Part shown: in pieces, positions 18,281 through 27,351 of the stretch
How the letters are laid out: the number at the start of each line of letters is the position of its first letter
How positions within the stretch are numbered: the stretch's first letter is position 1
NCBI GenBank assembly: GCA_964402695.1
Contig: CAYODK010000001.1
Coordinates: 12,702-76,701, forward strand
Direction: 5' to 3'
DNA length: 64,000 nt
From: an uncultured Verrucomicrobiota bacterium
GTDB taxonomy: Bacteria; Verrucomicrobiota; Kiritimatiellia; PWTM01
Notes under the pieces: generated by a model
Database searches by the model: none
Seen by the model: only the letters and a program-made list of their open reading frames with translations
Told to the model about the DNA's origin: nothing
Made by a program: the position numbers and the translations under genes

Positions 18281-19200
18281 CCGTGCAGCGACTCGAGATA
18301 CCGCGTGGCCTCGAGCGCGGCCATGCAGCCCGATCCGGCGGCGGTGATCGCCTGCCGGTAGACCGGGTCCTGCACGTCGCCGCAGGCGAAGACGCCGGGG
18401 AGCGACGTCCGCGTGTTCTGCGTCACGAGGTAGCCGGCGTCGTTCACCGCGAGCTGGTCGCCGAGGGCCGCGGTGTTCGGCTGGTGGCCGATCGCGGCGA
18501 AGTAGCCCTGCACGTCGATCCGGGTCTTCTCGCCGGTCTTCACGTTGCGGACCGTGACGCCGGTGACCTTCTTCTGCGAGGGATCGTGGACCTCCTCGAC
18601 GGTGCTGTTCCAGAGGACCTTGATCTTCGGGTTTGCCAGCGCGCGGTCCGCCATGATCTTCGAGGCGCGGAACTGGTCCCGGCGATGGATCAGCGTGACC
18701 GACGAGGCGAAACGCGTGAGGAAGCAGGCCTCCTCCATGGCCGTGTCGCCGCCGCCGACGACGCAGACGGGCACGCCCTTGAAGAAGGCCCCGTCGCATG
18801 TCGCACAGGCGGAGACGCCATGGCCGATCAGGGCCTGCTCGCTCGGCACGCCGAGGTACTTCGCGCTTGCGCCGGTCGCGACGATCAGCGCGCGCGTCTC
18901 CAGCGTGTCGCCATTGTCCAGGGTCACCCGGATCGGCGACGCCCGCAGCTCGGTGGACACCGCGATCCCCGAGACCACGCGGGCGCCGAAGCGCTCGGCC
19001 TGCTGGCGCTGGAGGTGCATCAACTCGAAGCCGTCGATGCCCTTCGGGAAGCCCGGGAAGTTCTCGATCTCGGTGGTGGTGGTCAGCTGTCCCCCCGGCT
19101 GGGGCCCCTCGACGATCAGCGGCTCCAGGTTCGCGCGCGCCGCGTAGATTGCCGCCGTGTACCCCGCCGACCCCGTGCCCAGAACGATGATGTTCTCCAT
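18277..19200 (-). CDS. trxB: thioredoxin-disulfide reductase
   Basis: IVLGTGSAGYTAA FAD fold, redox-active CATCDG, GGGDTAMEEA NADPH site. Confidence 0.9.
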   Translation of the reverse strand: MENIIVLGTGSAGYTAAIYAARANLEPLIVEGPQPGGQLTTTTEIENFPGFPKGIDGFELMHLQRQQAERFGARVVSGIAVSTELRASPIRVTLDNGDTLETRALIVATGASAKYLGVPSEQALIGHGVSACATCDGAFFKGVPVCVVGGGDTAMEEACFLTRFASSVTLIHRRDQFRASKIMADRALANPKIKVLWNSTVEEVHDPSQKKVTGVTVRNVKTGEKTRIDVQGYFAAIGHQPNTAALGDQLAVNDAGYLVTQNTRTSLPGVFACGDVQDPVYRQAITAAGSGCMAALEATRYLESLHG

Positions 19201-19264
19201 GCGTCCCCTCCGACTGGCTTTGAACTCGCATTATAGCAGCCGAATCCCTACCCTGCACGGGCAA

Positions 19265-19672
19265 ATGCCGGAGGCGGCCATGGACGATGCCAAGCAGGAC
19301 TTTCTCGAGGCGATGTTCCACATGCAGGCGGAGCTGAACCGCCGGATCGGCGTCGACACGACGGCCCTTCCGGAGGAGGAGCAGCCGAAGTGGGTGCTCA
19401 ACTACTGCCGCGCCATGTCGCAGGAGACCGCCGAACTGATCGACAGCGTCCCGTGGAAGTGGTGGGCCAAGTACCAGACCTACGACAAGCAGAACGCCCG
19501 GATCGAGGTCGTCGACCTGTTCCACTTCCTGATCTCCCTCGCCCAGGTCGTCGGGCTGTCCGCCCAGGACGTCCACGACCTCTACATGAAGAAGAACAAG
19601 CTCAACTTCCAGCGCCAGGACACCGGCTACACGGTCAAGGACTCCGGGGACAACAAGGACCTGAAGGTCTAA
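19265..19672 (+). CDS. dimeric all-alpha dUTPase-like NTP pyrophosphatase (dUTPase_2/MazG-like)
   Basis: FLEAMFHMQAELNRRIG...AELIDSVPWKWWAKY...EVVDLFHFLISLA matches the all-alpha dUTPase family seen in phages and Firmicutes. Confidence 0.55.
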   Translation: MPEAAMDDAKQDFLEAMFHMQAELNRRIGVDTTALPEEEQPKWVLNYCRAMSQETAELIDSVPWKWWAKYQTYDKQNARIEVVDLFHFLISLAQVVGLSAQDVHDLYMKKNKLNFQRQDTGYTVKDSGDNKDLKV

Positions 19673-19799
19673 CCGCCGGAGGTCCGCGGGGACACGGCGC
19701 CGGAGGGTCCGGGCCCGCCCCGCCGCCGTCCCGTTCCGCCGGTCGCGCCCGGGGCCGGGCCCCGCCGCCAGCCCGGCGCCCGACCCCTCCCGAGGACGC

Positions 19800-19827
19800 T
19801 TGACACCCCCGCCGGACCCTGTAGCAT
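19800..19827 (+). promoter_or_regulatory. sigma70-like promoter for the GntR regulator gene
   Basis: TTGACA (19800-19805), a 16-nt spacer, then TAGCAT (19822-19827), about 45 nt upstream of the ATG at 19870. Confidence 0.4.
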
Positions 19828-19869
19828 GCGTCTGGAATCCCAGTGGCATTCCCATGACGCGGAGGCGCG

Positions 19870-20649
19870 ATGAACGGGACGACGCGGGTGGAGCAGGCGT
19901 ACCGGGGGATCCAGCAGCAGATCCTCGACGGGCGGCTGGAGCCCGGGGCGGTGATCTCGGAGGCGGAGCTGGCGCGGAAGCTGCGGATGAGCCGCACGCC
20001 CGTCGGCGAGGCGATCCGCCAGCTCGCCCAGGAGGGCCTGCTGGTGCAGGTGCCGCGCTTCGGCACGATGGTGCGCCGCATCGACCGTCGCGATCTCGTC
20101 GAGCTCTACGAGATGCGCCAGGCGCTCGAGAGCTTCGCCGCCGCGCGCGCCGCGGAGCGGATCGCGCCGGACGCCCTCGCGAGGCTCCAGGTGCTGTCGG
20201 ACGAGATGGAGCGCGTGGCTGACGACGCGCGGGGCGCCGGGCTGGACGCCCTCGATGCGGACCGGCTCCACCGCTTCCTCGCCGCGGACTACGCCTTCCA
20301 CATGCAGATCCTCGAAGCCGCGGGGAACCGCCAGATCATGCAGGCCGTGCAGGGCGGCCGGACGATCTCACGTATCTTCCGCATGCGCCGCCAGCGGCAC
20401 GACCGCGCGATCGTCGACGGCGCCCACCGGCACCACGAGCGGATCCTGCAGGCCCTCCGCAAGCATGACGCCGAGGCGGCGCGCATCCGCATGGCCGGGC
20501 ACATCGCGGACAGCCTGAGGGAGACGCTCGCCGATTTCGACCGCCTGGACGCCGTCGCGCCGCCCGCGGCGGCCGACGACCTGCCGCGCGAGGTTGCCGC
20601 GGCGCTGGACCGGCTGGAGCGAGAGGCGGCGGCGGAACCAAGACCATGA
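19870..20649 (+). CDS. GntR-family transcriptional regulator (FadR/FCD subfamily)
   Basis: wHTH SEAELARKLRMSRTPVGEAIRQLAQEGLL plus an all-helical FCD C-terminal domain. Confidence 0.85.
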   Translation: MNGTTRVEQAYRGIQQQILDGRLEPGAVISEAELARKLRMSRTPVGEAIRQLAQEGLLVQVPRFGTMVRRIDRRDLVELYEMRQALESFAAARAAERIAPDALARLQVLSDEMERVADDARGAGLDALDADRLHRFLAADYAFHMQILEAAGNRQIMQAVQGGRTISRIFRMRRQRHDRAIVDGAHRHHERILQALRKHDAEAARIRMAGHIADSLRETLADFDRLDAVAPPAAADDLPREVAAALDRLEREAAAEPRP

Positions 20650-22103
20650 GCGCGCCGCACCGTCCGTCCGCCGCGCTGGGAGCCTCGATCGGGGGCGTCC
20701 TGGCCGCCGGGGGCCTCGCCGCGGGCGGCGGGCCCGAGGCGGCGCACCCGGCCGCGGGACGCTGGGTCGAGCGGCAGGTCACCTCCGCGCCGCATGGCCA
20801 CATGCTGACGAACCTCGGCTGCTGGTCGGGGGACGGGAGGTGGCTCGTCTACGATGTGCGCGACGAGGACTCCGTCTTCCGCGGCACCCGCATCGAGGCC
20901 GTCGACGTCGCCACGGGCGACGTGCGCGTCCTTTTCGATTCGTCACCCGGCGCCTGCGGCGTGGTGACATGCGATCCCGGCTCCGATGCCTGCGTCTTCA
21001 TCCTCGGCCCGGAACCCCCGTCGCCCGACTGGACCTACGGCCCCGCCCGCCGCCGCGGCGCGATCGTCCGCGCCTCGCGCCCCGGCGCGGCCGCCGGTCT
21101 CGACGCACGATGCCTTGCGCCGCCGTTCGTCCCCGGCGCGCTGCGCGGCGGCACGCACCTTCACACGTTCAGCCCGGACGGGGCGGGCTGGGTCGCGAGC
21201 ACCTACGAGGACCACGTCCTCGACCTCGCCGCCGGCGCGGCGGGCGCCGAGCGCAACCAGCGCAACGTCGCCGTCAGCGTGCCGGCCGGGCCTGTCGCCG
21301 TGCCGCGCTCCCATCCGCAGAACCGCGACGGCTCGCACTTCACGGTGCTGGTCACGCGGACCCACGACGAGCCGCGCCCGGGGTCGGACGAAATCGCCCG
21401 CGCCTGCGAGGAGGGCTGGGTCGGAACGGCGGGCTACGTCCGCCCCGACGGCACCCGCCAGCTCCGCGCCATCGCATTCCAGGGCACGGTGACGGCCGCC
21501 GACGGACGCCCGGTGGCCGAGGCGTTCATCGTCGACCTTCCCGAGGACTCCCGCGCGATGACGGTGGCCGGCGGCGGTCCGATCGAGGGGACCGCGACGA
21601 CACGTCCCCGCCCGCCGCGCGGCGTCGTCCAGCGCCGCCTCACGCGGACGGCGGAACTGGCGAACCCCGGCCTCCAGGGCCCGCGCCACTGGCTGCGCGG
21701 TTCGCCCGACGGTTCGCGGATCGCGATGCTGCGGAAGGACGCGGACGGCATCGCGCAGATCTGGACGGTGTCGCCCTGCGCCGGCCTGCCCGGCGGCCCC
21801 GCGCCGGAGCCGGTTCAGTTGACGCGCAATCCGTGGCCGGTCGCATCGTCCTTCTCGTGGTCCCCCGACGGCCGCTGGATCGCGCTCGTCGCGGACAACA
21901 GCGTGATGGCGGCCGATGCGGCGACCGGCGCCACGCTGCGCCTCACGCCGCGGACGGAGGACGCCGCCGCGCCGCAGCCGTTCGCGTGCGTGGTTTCGCC
22001 CGACGGCCGGTCGGTCGCGTACCTGCGCGCGGTGAAGGCGCCCGGCGGCCGCGCCTTGGCCCAGATCTTCGTGAGTTCGTCCGCCCCGGAGGGAACCCGC
22101 TGA
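20646..22103 (+). CDS. TolB-like/PD40 beta-propeller protein (DUF3748 / oligogalacturonide-lyase-like)
   Basis: ATGA overlap with the regulator stop; repeated SPDG blades (FSPDGAGWVAS, GSPDGSRIAML, SWSPDGRWIALVA, VSPDGRSVAYL). Confidence 0.5.
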   Translation: MSAPHRPSAALGASIGGVLAAGGLAAGGGPEAAHPAAGRWVERQVTSAPHGHMLTNLGCWSGDGRWLVYDVRDEDSVFRGTRIEAVDVATGDVRVLFDSSPGACGVVTCDPGSDACVFILGPEPPSPDWTYGPARRRGAIVRASRPGAAAGLDARCLAPPFVPGALRGGTHLHTFSPDGAGWVASTYEDHVLDLAAGAAGAERNQRNVAVSVPAGPVAVPRSHPQNRDGSHFTVLVTRTHDEPRPGSDEIARACEEGWVGTAGYVRPDGTRQLRAIAFQGTVTAADGRPVAEAFIVDLPEDSRAMTVAGGGPIEGTATTRPRPPRGVVQRRLTRTAELANPGLQGPRHWLRGSPDGSRIAMLRKDADGIAQIWTVSPCAGLPGGPAPEPVQLTRNPWPVASSFSWSPDGRWIALVADNSVMAADAATGATLRLTPRTEDAAAPQPFACVVSPDGRSVAYLRAVKAPGGRALAQIFVSSSAPEGTR

Positions 22104-22104
22104 C

Positions 22105-23691
22105 ATGAGCCACCATCTCCACGTCCTCGACTGGGCCGTGCTCGCCGCGTACTTCGGCGGCACGATGCTGCTCGGCTTCCTGCTCGGCCGGAAAAGCCGG
22201 TCGACCGAGGGCTTCACGGCCGGCGGGCGGTCCGTACCCGGCTGGGTGTGCGGCCTGTCGATCTTCGCGACGTTCCTCAGCAGCATCAGCTTCCTCGCGA
22301 TTCCGGGCGGGGCCTACGCGACGAACTGGAACTGGTTCGTCTTCTCGCTGTCGCTGCCGCTGGCGACCTGGCTGGCGGTCCGGTTCTTCATGCCCTACTA
22401 CCGCCGCAGCGGCGAGGTGTCGGCCTATGCGCTGCTCGAGCACCGCTTCGGGCCGTGGGCCCGGATCTACGCGGGCGTGTTCTACCTGCTGACCCAGGTC
22501 GCGCGGATGGGGACGGTGACCTACCTGATGGCACTCTCGGTCTCCGTCCTCGCCGGCTGGGACATCCGCGCGGTGATCTGGGTGACCGGCGTCACGGTCA
22601 CGGCCTATGCCTTCGTCGGCGGGATCGTCGCGGTGATCTGGACCGACGCGCTCCAGGCCTTCGTCCTGATCGCCGGGGCGGTCGTGGCGCTGCTGGTCAT
22701 GATGTTCGGCCTGCCCGGGGGGCCGGCGCAGGTGTTCGCGATCGCCGCCGAGCACGGCAAGTTCTCGCTCGGCAGCTTCAGCCTGAAGGAGTGGGCCGCG
22801 CCGACGTTCTGGGTCGTGCTGCTGCACGGGCTCGCGATCAACCTGCAGAACTTCGGCATCGACCAGAACTACGTGCAGCGCTACATCGTGTCATCCAACG
22901 ACCGCGAGGCCCGCCGCAGCGTGTGGCTCGGCGGCCTGCTCTACGTGCCCGTCAGCGCGCTGCTGCTGCTGATCGGCACGTCGCTCTACGCGTGGTACCA
23001 GACGCATCCCGACGACCTCGCCGAGGTGCGCGCGGCGGTCGCGGAGCACAAGGTCGCGGCGACGGGTGTCGCCGCGACGGCGCCGGACTACGCGGAACGT
23101 CTGGCCGCGACCACGGCGGGGCTGACGGACAAGGACATCGGGGATCGCGCATTCCCGTACTTCATCGGGAAGCGTCTGCCGGCGGGCATCGTCGGGCTCG
23201 TGATCGCGGCGATCCTCGCGGCGGGCATGAGCACGATCGCCACCTCGCTGAACTCCTCGGCGACGCTCGTGATGACCGACTACTACAAGCGCTACATCCG
23301 CCGCGATGCGACCGACCGCCAGTGCATGCGGGTGCTTCACGGGTCGACGATCGTCTGGGGGGTCATCGGCACCGGCGTGGCCCTGCTGATGATCAACATC
23401 CAGGGCGCGCTGGACACGTGGTGGAAGCTCGCCAGCATCTTCAGCGGGGGCATGGGCGGGCTCTTCCTCCTCGGGATGATCGGCCGTCGAACGGGGAACC
23501 GCGCCGCCGCCGCCGCCGTGACGCTCGGCGTGCTGGTCATCGCGTGGATGACGCTTTCGCAGACGCCGATCTGGCCGGCCTCGCTGGCGCAGTTCAGGAG
23601 CGGCATCCACGGCTTCATGACGGTCGTCGTCGGCACCGCCGTGATCCTGCTCGCGGGCCTCCTGTTCGGCGGGACGAAGAGGGCGAAATGA
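22105..23691 (+). CDS. sodium:solute symporter (SSS family), probable sialic acid/sugar transporter
   Basis: 13-14 predicted TM helices, SSS-family spacing, GGR...FLSSISFLAIPG N-terminal signature. Confidence 0.8.
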   Translation: MSHHLHVLDWAVLAAYFGGTMLLGFLLGRKSRSTEGFTAGGRSVPGWVCGLSIFATFLSSISFLAIPGGAYATNWNWFVFSLSLPLATWLAVRFFMPYYRRSGEVSAYALLEHRFGPWARIYAGVFYLLTQVARMGTVTYLMALSVSVLAGWDIRAVIWVTGVTVTAYAFVGGIVAVIWTDALQAFVLIAGAVVALLVMMFGLPGGPAQVFAIAAEHGKFSLGSFSLKEWAAPTFWVVLLHGLAINLQNFGIDQNYVQRYIVSSNDREARRSVWLGGLLYVPVSALLLLIGTSLYAWYQTHPDDLAEVRAAVAEHKVAATGVAATAPDYAERLAATTAGLTDKDIGDRAFPYFIGKRLPAGIVGLVIAAILAAGMSTIATSLNSSATLVMTDYYKRYIRRDATDRQCMRVLHGSTIVWGVIGTGVALLMINIQGALDTWWKLASIFSGGMGGLFLLGMIGRRTGNRAAAAAVTLGVLVIAWMTLSQTPIWPASLAQFRSGIHGFMTVVVGTAVILLAGLLFGGTKRAK

Positions 23692-23726
23692 GACGGCCCC
23701 TCCCTTGCGCATCAGGATCCGTTCCG

Positions 23727-23802
23727 GCCGCGATCACCGATCGCGGCTACAGAAGGCGATGGGGTGAAACGGGCCGCTGCAGCCGCGACGGATCGTCGCG
23801 GC
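23727..23802. promoter_or_regulatory. two copies of palindrome GCCGCGA(C/T)(C/G)-N3-(G/C)(G/A)TCGCGGC upstream of FAD oxidoreductase 1
   Basis: gccgcgatc-acc-gatcgcggc (23727-23747, followed by tacag) and gccgcgacg-gat-cgtcgcggc (23782-23802, preceded by ctgca). Confidence 0.55.
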
Positions 23803-23869
23803 AATGCGTACGGGGGCGCAGGCCGGCCGGGACCACCGGTCCCGGCTACAGCAGATGGGGGACGATGCC

Positions 23870-25240
23870 ATGAGACGCCGCGGATTCCTCCAAACCGCCG
23901 CCGGGGCGACCGCCTGGGTCGCGTCGGGTCGCCGCGCATCCGCCGCCGCTGCGCCCACCGCGCCGGAGATCGCGTGGACGCGCCGGATCCCGGTGCGCTA
24001 CGAGGCGGACGTCGCGGTGATCGGCGGCGGCATGGCGGGGGTCGGCGCGGCCTGCGCGGCGGCGACGTCGGGTGCGAAGGTGATCCTCGTCGAGCGCTTC
24101 GCCGTCGCGGGCGGCATGCTGACGACCGGCGGCGTCGCCAACTTCTGCGGGCAGATGACGGGGCAGGGGGAGGTCTTCGACGAGATCCTCGCGGACCTCC
24201 GCGCGTGGAACGCCATCGGCCACGACCGCCGGGAGTCTGTGTTCCATCCCGAGGTCCTCGCCTTCGTCCTCCAGGAACTCCTGTTGCGGCGCGGCGTGAA
24301 GCTCCTGCTGCACGCGCGGTTCGCCGACGCGCGCGTCGACCGCGGCTGCATCACCGAGGCGGTGGTCTGTGGCAAGAGCGGTCCCGAGGCGCTGCGGGCG
24401 AGCCAGTTCATCGACTGCACCGGCGAGGCGGACGTCGCGCGGGCCGCCGGCTTCGCCGTGATGAAGGGGCGGCCGGAGGACGGCCTCCAGCTCCCGATGT
24501 CGATGATGTACTTCGTGCGGCACGTCCCGCCGGACGCTGCCGTGCCGGACCTGCCCGAGGGACGGTTGGACCGGATCGAGTCCGCGAAGGACCTGCCGAT
24601 GACCAGCATCTGGCCCGACGGCCCGGTCGGCAACGCGATCAAGATCAAGGTGCCGATGTTCGACTCGACGGACACGGAGAGCTTCACCGCCGGCGAGATC
24701 CAGGGCCGGCGCCGGATGATGCAGGTCATGGACTTCCACCGGCGCGTCCAGAAGCGCCCGTGGATGCTCGGCCACTGCTCGCCGGTCATCGGCATCCGCG
24801 AGGGCGCGCGGATCGCGGGCGACTACGTGCTGACGGTCGACGACCTCCGCGCCGGCCGCGCGTTCGACGACGCCGTCGCGCGCGGCACCTTCATGCTCGA
24901 CGGGCACAAGCCCGACGACGACAAGCGGACCTACATCCTGCCCGAGGACCAGCTCGCGGTGCCGCCGTACCAGATTCCGCTGCGGTGCCTCGTCGCGCGC
25001 GACGGAAAAAACCTCCTGATGGCCGGGCGGTGCATGTCCGCCGACCAGCTCGCGCTCTCCTCCGCCCGCGTCAGCACGACCTGCACGATGATGGGCCAGG
25101 CCGCCGGCATCGCCGCCGCGATGGCCGTGAAGAAGAACGGCTCCGTGCGGGACCTCGATCCGGCCGCGGTGCGGAAGATCGTCGAGGAACGCGGGGCCGA
25201 ACTTGCGGTCGGGAAGGCGAGGAAGGGTGGGACGACATGA
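23870..25240 (+). CDS. Tat-signal FAD-dependent oxidoreductase (FAD_oxidored/PF12831-like), paralogue 1
   Basis: MRRRGFLQTAAGATAWVASG (twin-Arg signal); DVAVIGGGMAGVGAACAAA (GxGxxG); three paralogues in this window share this architecture. Confidence 0.7.
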   Translation: MRRRGFLQTAAGATAWVASGRRASAAAAPTAPEIAWTRRIPVRYEADVAVIGGGMAGVGAACAAATSGAKVILVERFAVAGGMLTTGGVANFCGQMTGQGEVFDEILADLRAWNAIGHDRRESVFHPEVLAFVLQELLLRRGVKLLLHARFADARVDRGCITEAVVCGKSGPEALRASQFIDCTGEADVARAAGFAVMKGRPEDGLQLPMSMMYFVRHVPPDAAVPDLPEGRLDRIESAKDLPMTSIWPDGPVGNAIKIKVPMFDSTDTESFTAGEIQGRRRMMQVMDFHRRVQKRPWMLGHCSPVIGIREGARIAGDYVLTVDDLRAGRAFDDAVARGTFMLDGHKPDDDKRTYILPEDQLAVPPYQIPLRCLVARDGKNLLMAGRCMSADQLALSSARVSTTCTMMGQAAGIAAAMAVKKNGSVRDLDPAAVRKIVEERGAELAVGKARKGGTT

Positions 25241-25350
25241 ACCCCGAAACGCGGATCACGACGGATTGCACGGGTCGCACGGATGGGAGGGGCCGCCTCC
25301 AGAGGGCGCCATGCGGCGGTGCGGGTGGGCGGCGCCGAGGTTTCGTGCAC

Positions 25351-25513
25351 GGAAGTAGAGAAACTCCAAACTCCAAGGAAGTACGAAGAAAAGAAGGCCA
25401 AAGTCGGAGTGATTCCCGTGGGTACGTGCCCATCCAACCCGTGTTGCGGCCCCATCCTTCCCTACTTTCTCCTTTTCACTTCCTTGGAGTTTGGAGTTTC
25501 TTACTTTCCTTCC
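25351..25513. repeat. MITE-like element: ~45-bp imperfect inverted repeats with core GAAACTCCAAACTCCAAGGAAGT flanking ~58 bp
   Basis: Left arm ggaagtagagaaactccaaactccaaggaagt (25351-25382); right arm acttccttggagtttggagtttcttactttcc (25480-25511) is its reverse complement. Confidence 0.7.
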
Positions 25514-25530
25514 TCCGATCCATACCATCC

Positions 25531-27351
25531 GTGCAATCCGTGGCCCTCCTCTCCGCGGCGCTGCTGACCCTGTGCGCGGCGGGGCCGGGCGGCGTCCGGG
25601 CGGCGGAGATCGAGACCGACGTCTGCGTGTTCGGCGGAACCTCGGGCGGCGTCGCGGCGGGCGTGCAGGCGGCGCGGATGGGGAAGCGCGTCGTTCTCGC
25701 GGAACCCGGAAAGCACCTCGGCGGCATGACGTCGGGCGGTCTGAGCGCGGTCGACATCGGCGATCCGCGGACGGTCGGCGGGATCGCGCGGGAGTACTTC
25801 ACGCGGCTCGTCGCGTCGTACGGCAAGACGCTCGAGTGGGACCGCCCCTTCGTCGCCGCGGGCGGCGGCCCGGCGACCGGCGGGGCCTATGCGATCGAGC
25901 CCCGCGTGGCCGAGCGCGTTTTCGACGGCATGGCCCGCGAGGCCGGCGTGCGGGTCCTCCGCGGCGCCCGGCTCGCCTCGGTGCGCAAGGACGGCGCGCG
26001 GATCCGCGGGATCGCGATGGAGGACGGCACGGTCGTCCGCGCGAAGGTCTTCATCGACGCCACCTACGAGGGCGACCTGATGGCCGGGGCCGGCGTTTCC
26101 TTCACGCTGCTGCGCGAAGGCAACGCGAAGTACGGCGAGACCTACAACGGGATCCACTACAGCGACAAGTACCTTGCGCGCACGAACCACCTGAAGCCCG
26201 GTCCCCACGGCCGCGTGCCCGGCGGGCAGGGCGTGTGGGACCGCGACTTCCCGCTCGATCCGTACGTTGTGCCCGGAAATCCGGCGAGCGGGCTGCTGCC
26301 GCTGCTGAACCCCGGCGAACCCGGGACGCCCGGCGAGCCCGCCCCCGGCGTGCAGGCCTACTGCTACCGTCTGTGCCTGACGACCGATCCGACGAACCGG
26401 ATGCCGGTCGCCCCGCCCGCGGGCTACGATCCGAAGCGCTACGAGCTGGTCGCCCGCTTCATCGCCGCGTGCCTCGCGATCGGCGACGACATGGACCTGC
26501 GCTGGTTCTCCAAGCACGACCCGCTGCCGAACGCGAAGTGGGACTTCAACACCGCGACCTTCGGCGCCAACCTGCCCGGCGCGAGCTGGGAGTGGCCCGA
26601 GGCCTCCTACGCGCGCCGCGCGGAGATCGCGAAGGCGCACGAGGACCACATGCGCGGCCTGCTGCACTTCCTCGCGACCGACCCCCGCGTGCCGGCGAAG
26701 GTGCGCGACGACGTGAAGCGCTTCGGCCTGCCGCGCGACGAGTTTCCCGATACCGGCGGCTGGCCCCACCAGCTCTACGTCCGCGAGGCGCGCCGGATGG
26801 TCTCCGACCTCGTGATGACCGAGCACCACACGTTCGGCCGCGCCGTCGCGCCGGACTCCGTAGGCCTCGGCTCCTACGGCACGGACACGCACGAGATCCG
26901 CCGCATCGTGAAGGACGGCGTCGTGCAGCGCGAGGGCAAGACCGCGACCGGCCGCGACGGCGCGCCGCCGTATCCGGTCGGCTACGGCGCGATCGTGCCG
27001 AAGACCGCGGAGTGCGACAACCTGCTCGTCACGTTCGCGCTCGCCGCCAGCCACACCGCCTTCAGCAGCATCCGCATGGAGCCGGTGCTGATGATCCTCA
27101 GCCAGTCCGCCGCGACCGCGGCGTGCCTGGCGATCGACGACGGCGTCGCGGTGCAGAAGGTCGACCGGCACCGCCTGCGCGAGCGGTTGCTGAAGGACGG
27201 ACAGATTCTCGATTGGGCCGCTGTAGCCGCGACCGCCGGTCGCGGCAATGCGCCCGTGGACGCAAGCCGGCCGGGGTCGACGCCCCCGGCTCCAGAAGAT
27301 GGCGGGCGCGGCATGGGAGACTTTGCGAAGAACGGAAGGACGGGACCATGA
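25531..27351 (+). CDS. secreted FAD-dependent oxidoreductase (PF12831-like), paralogue 2
   Basis: In-frame GTG start (VQSVALLSAALLTLCAAG signal peptide) just after the MITE; [19 protein letters not shown] Rossmann motif; this is the downstream half of track ORF 23764..27351. Confidence 0.65.
   Translation: MQSVALLSAALLTLCAAGPGGVRAAEIETDVCVFGGTSGGVAAGVQAARMGKRVVLAEPGKHLGGMTSGGLSAVDIGDPRTVGGIAREYFTRLVASYGKTLEWDRPFVAAGGGPATGGAYAIEPRVAERVFDGMAREAGVRVLRGARLASVRKDGARIRGIAMEDGTVVRAKVFIDATYEGDLMAGAGVSFTLLREGNAKYGETYNGIHYSDKYLARTNHLKPGPHGRVPGGQGVWDRDFPLDPYVVPGNPASGLLPLLNPGEPGTPGEPAPGVQAYCYRLCLTTDPTNRMPVAPPAGYDPKRYELVARFIAACLAIGDDMDLRWFSKHDPLPNAKWDFNTATFGANLPGASWEWPEASYARRAEIAKAHEDHMRGLLHFLATDPRVPAKVRDDVKRFGLPRDEFPDTGGWPHQLYVREARRMVSDLVMTEHHTFGRAVAPDSVGLGSYGTDTHEIRRIVKDGVVQREGKTATGRDGAPPYPVGYGAIVPKTAECDNLLVTFALAASHTAFSSIRMEPVLMILSQSAATAACLAIDDGVAVQKVDRHRLRERLLKDGQILDWAAVAATAGRGNAPVDASRPGSTPPAPEDGGRGMGDFAKNGRTGP

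Noticed and set aside
16250-18361. 703-aa plus-strand ORF
   Set aside because: It is antisense to the MsbA-like ABC transporter gene, whose Walker A, signature and Walker B motifs are unambiguous.
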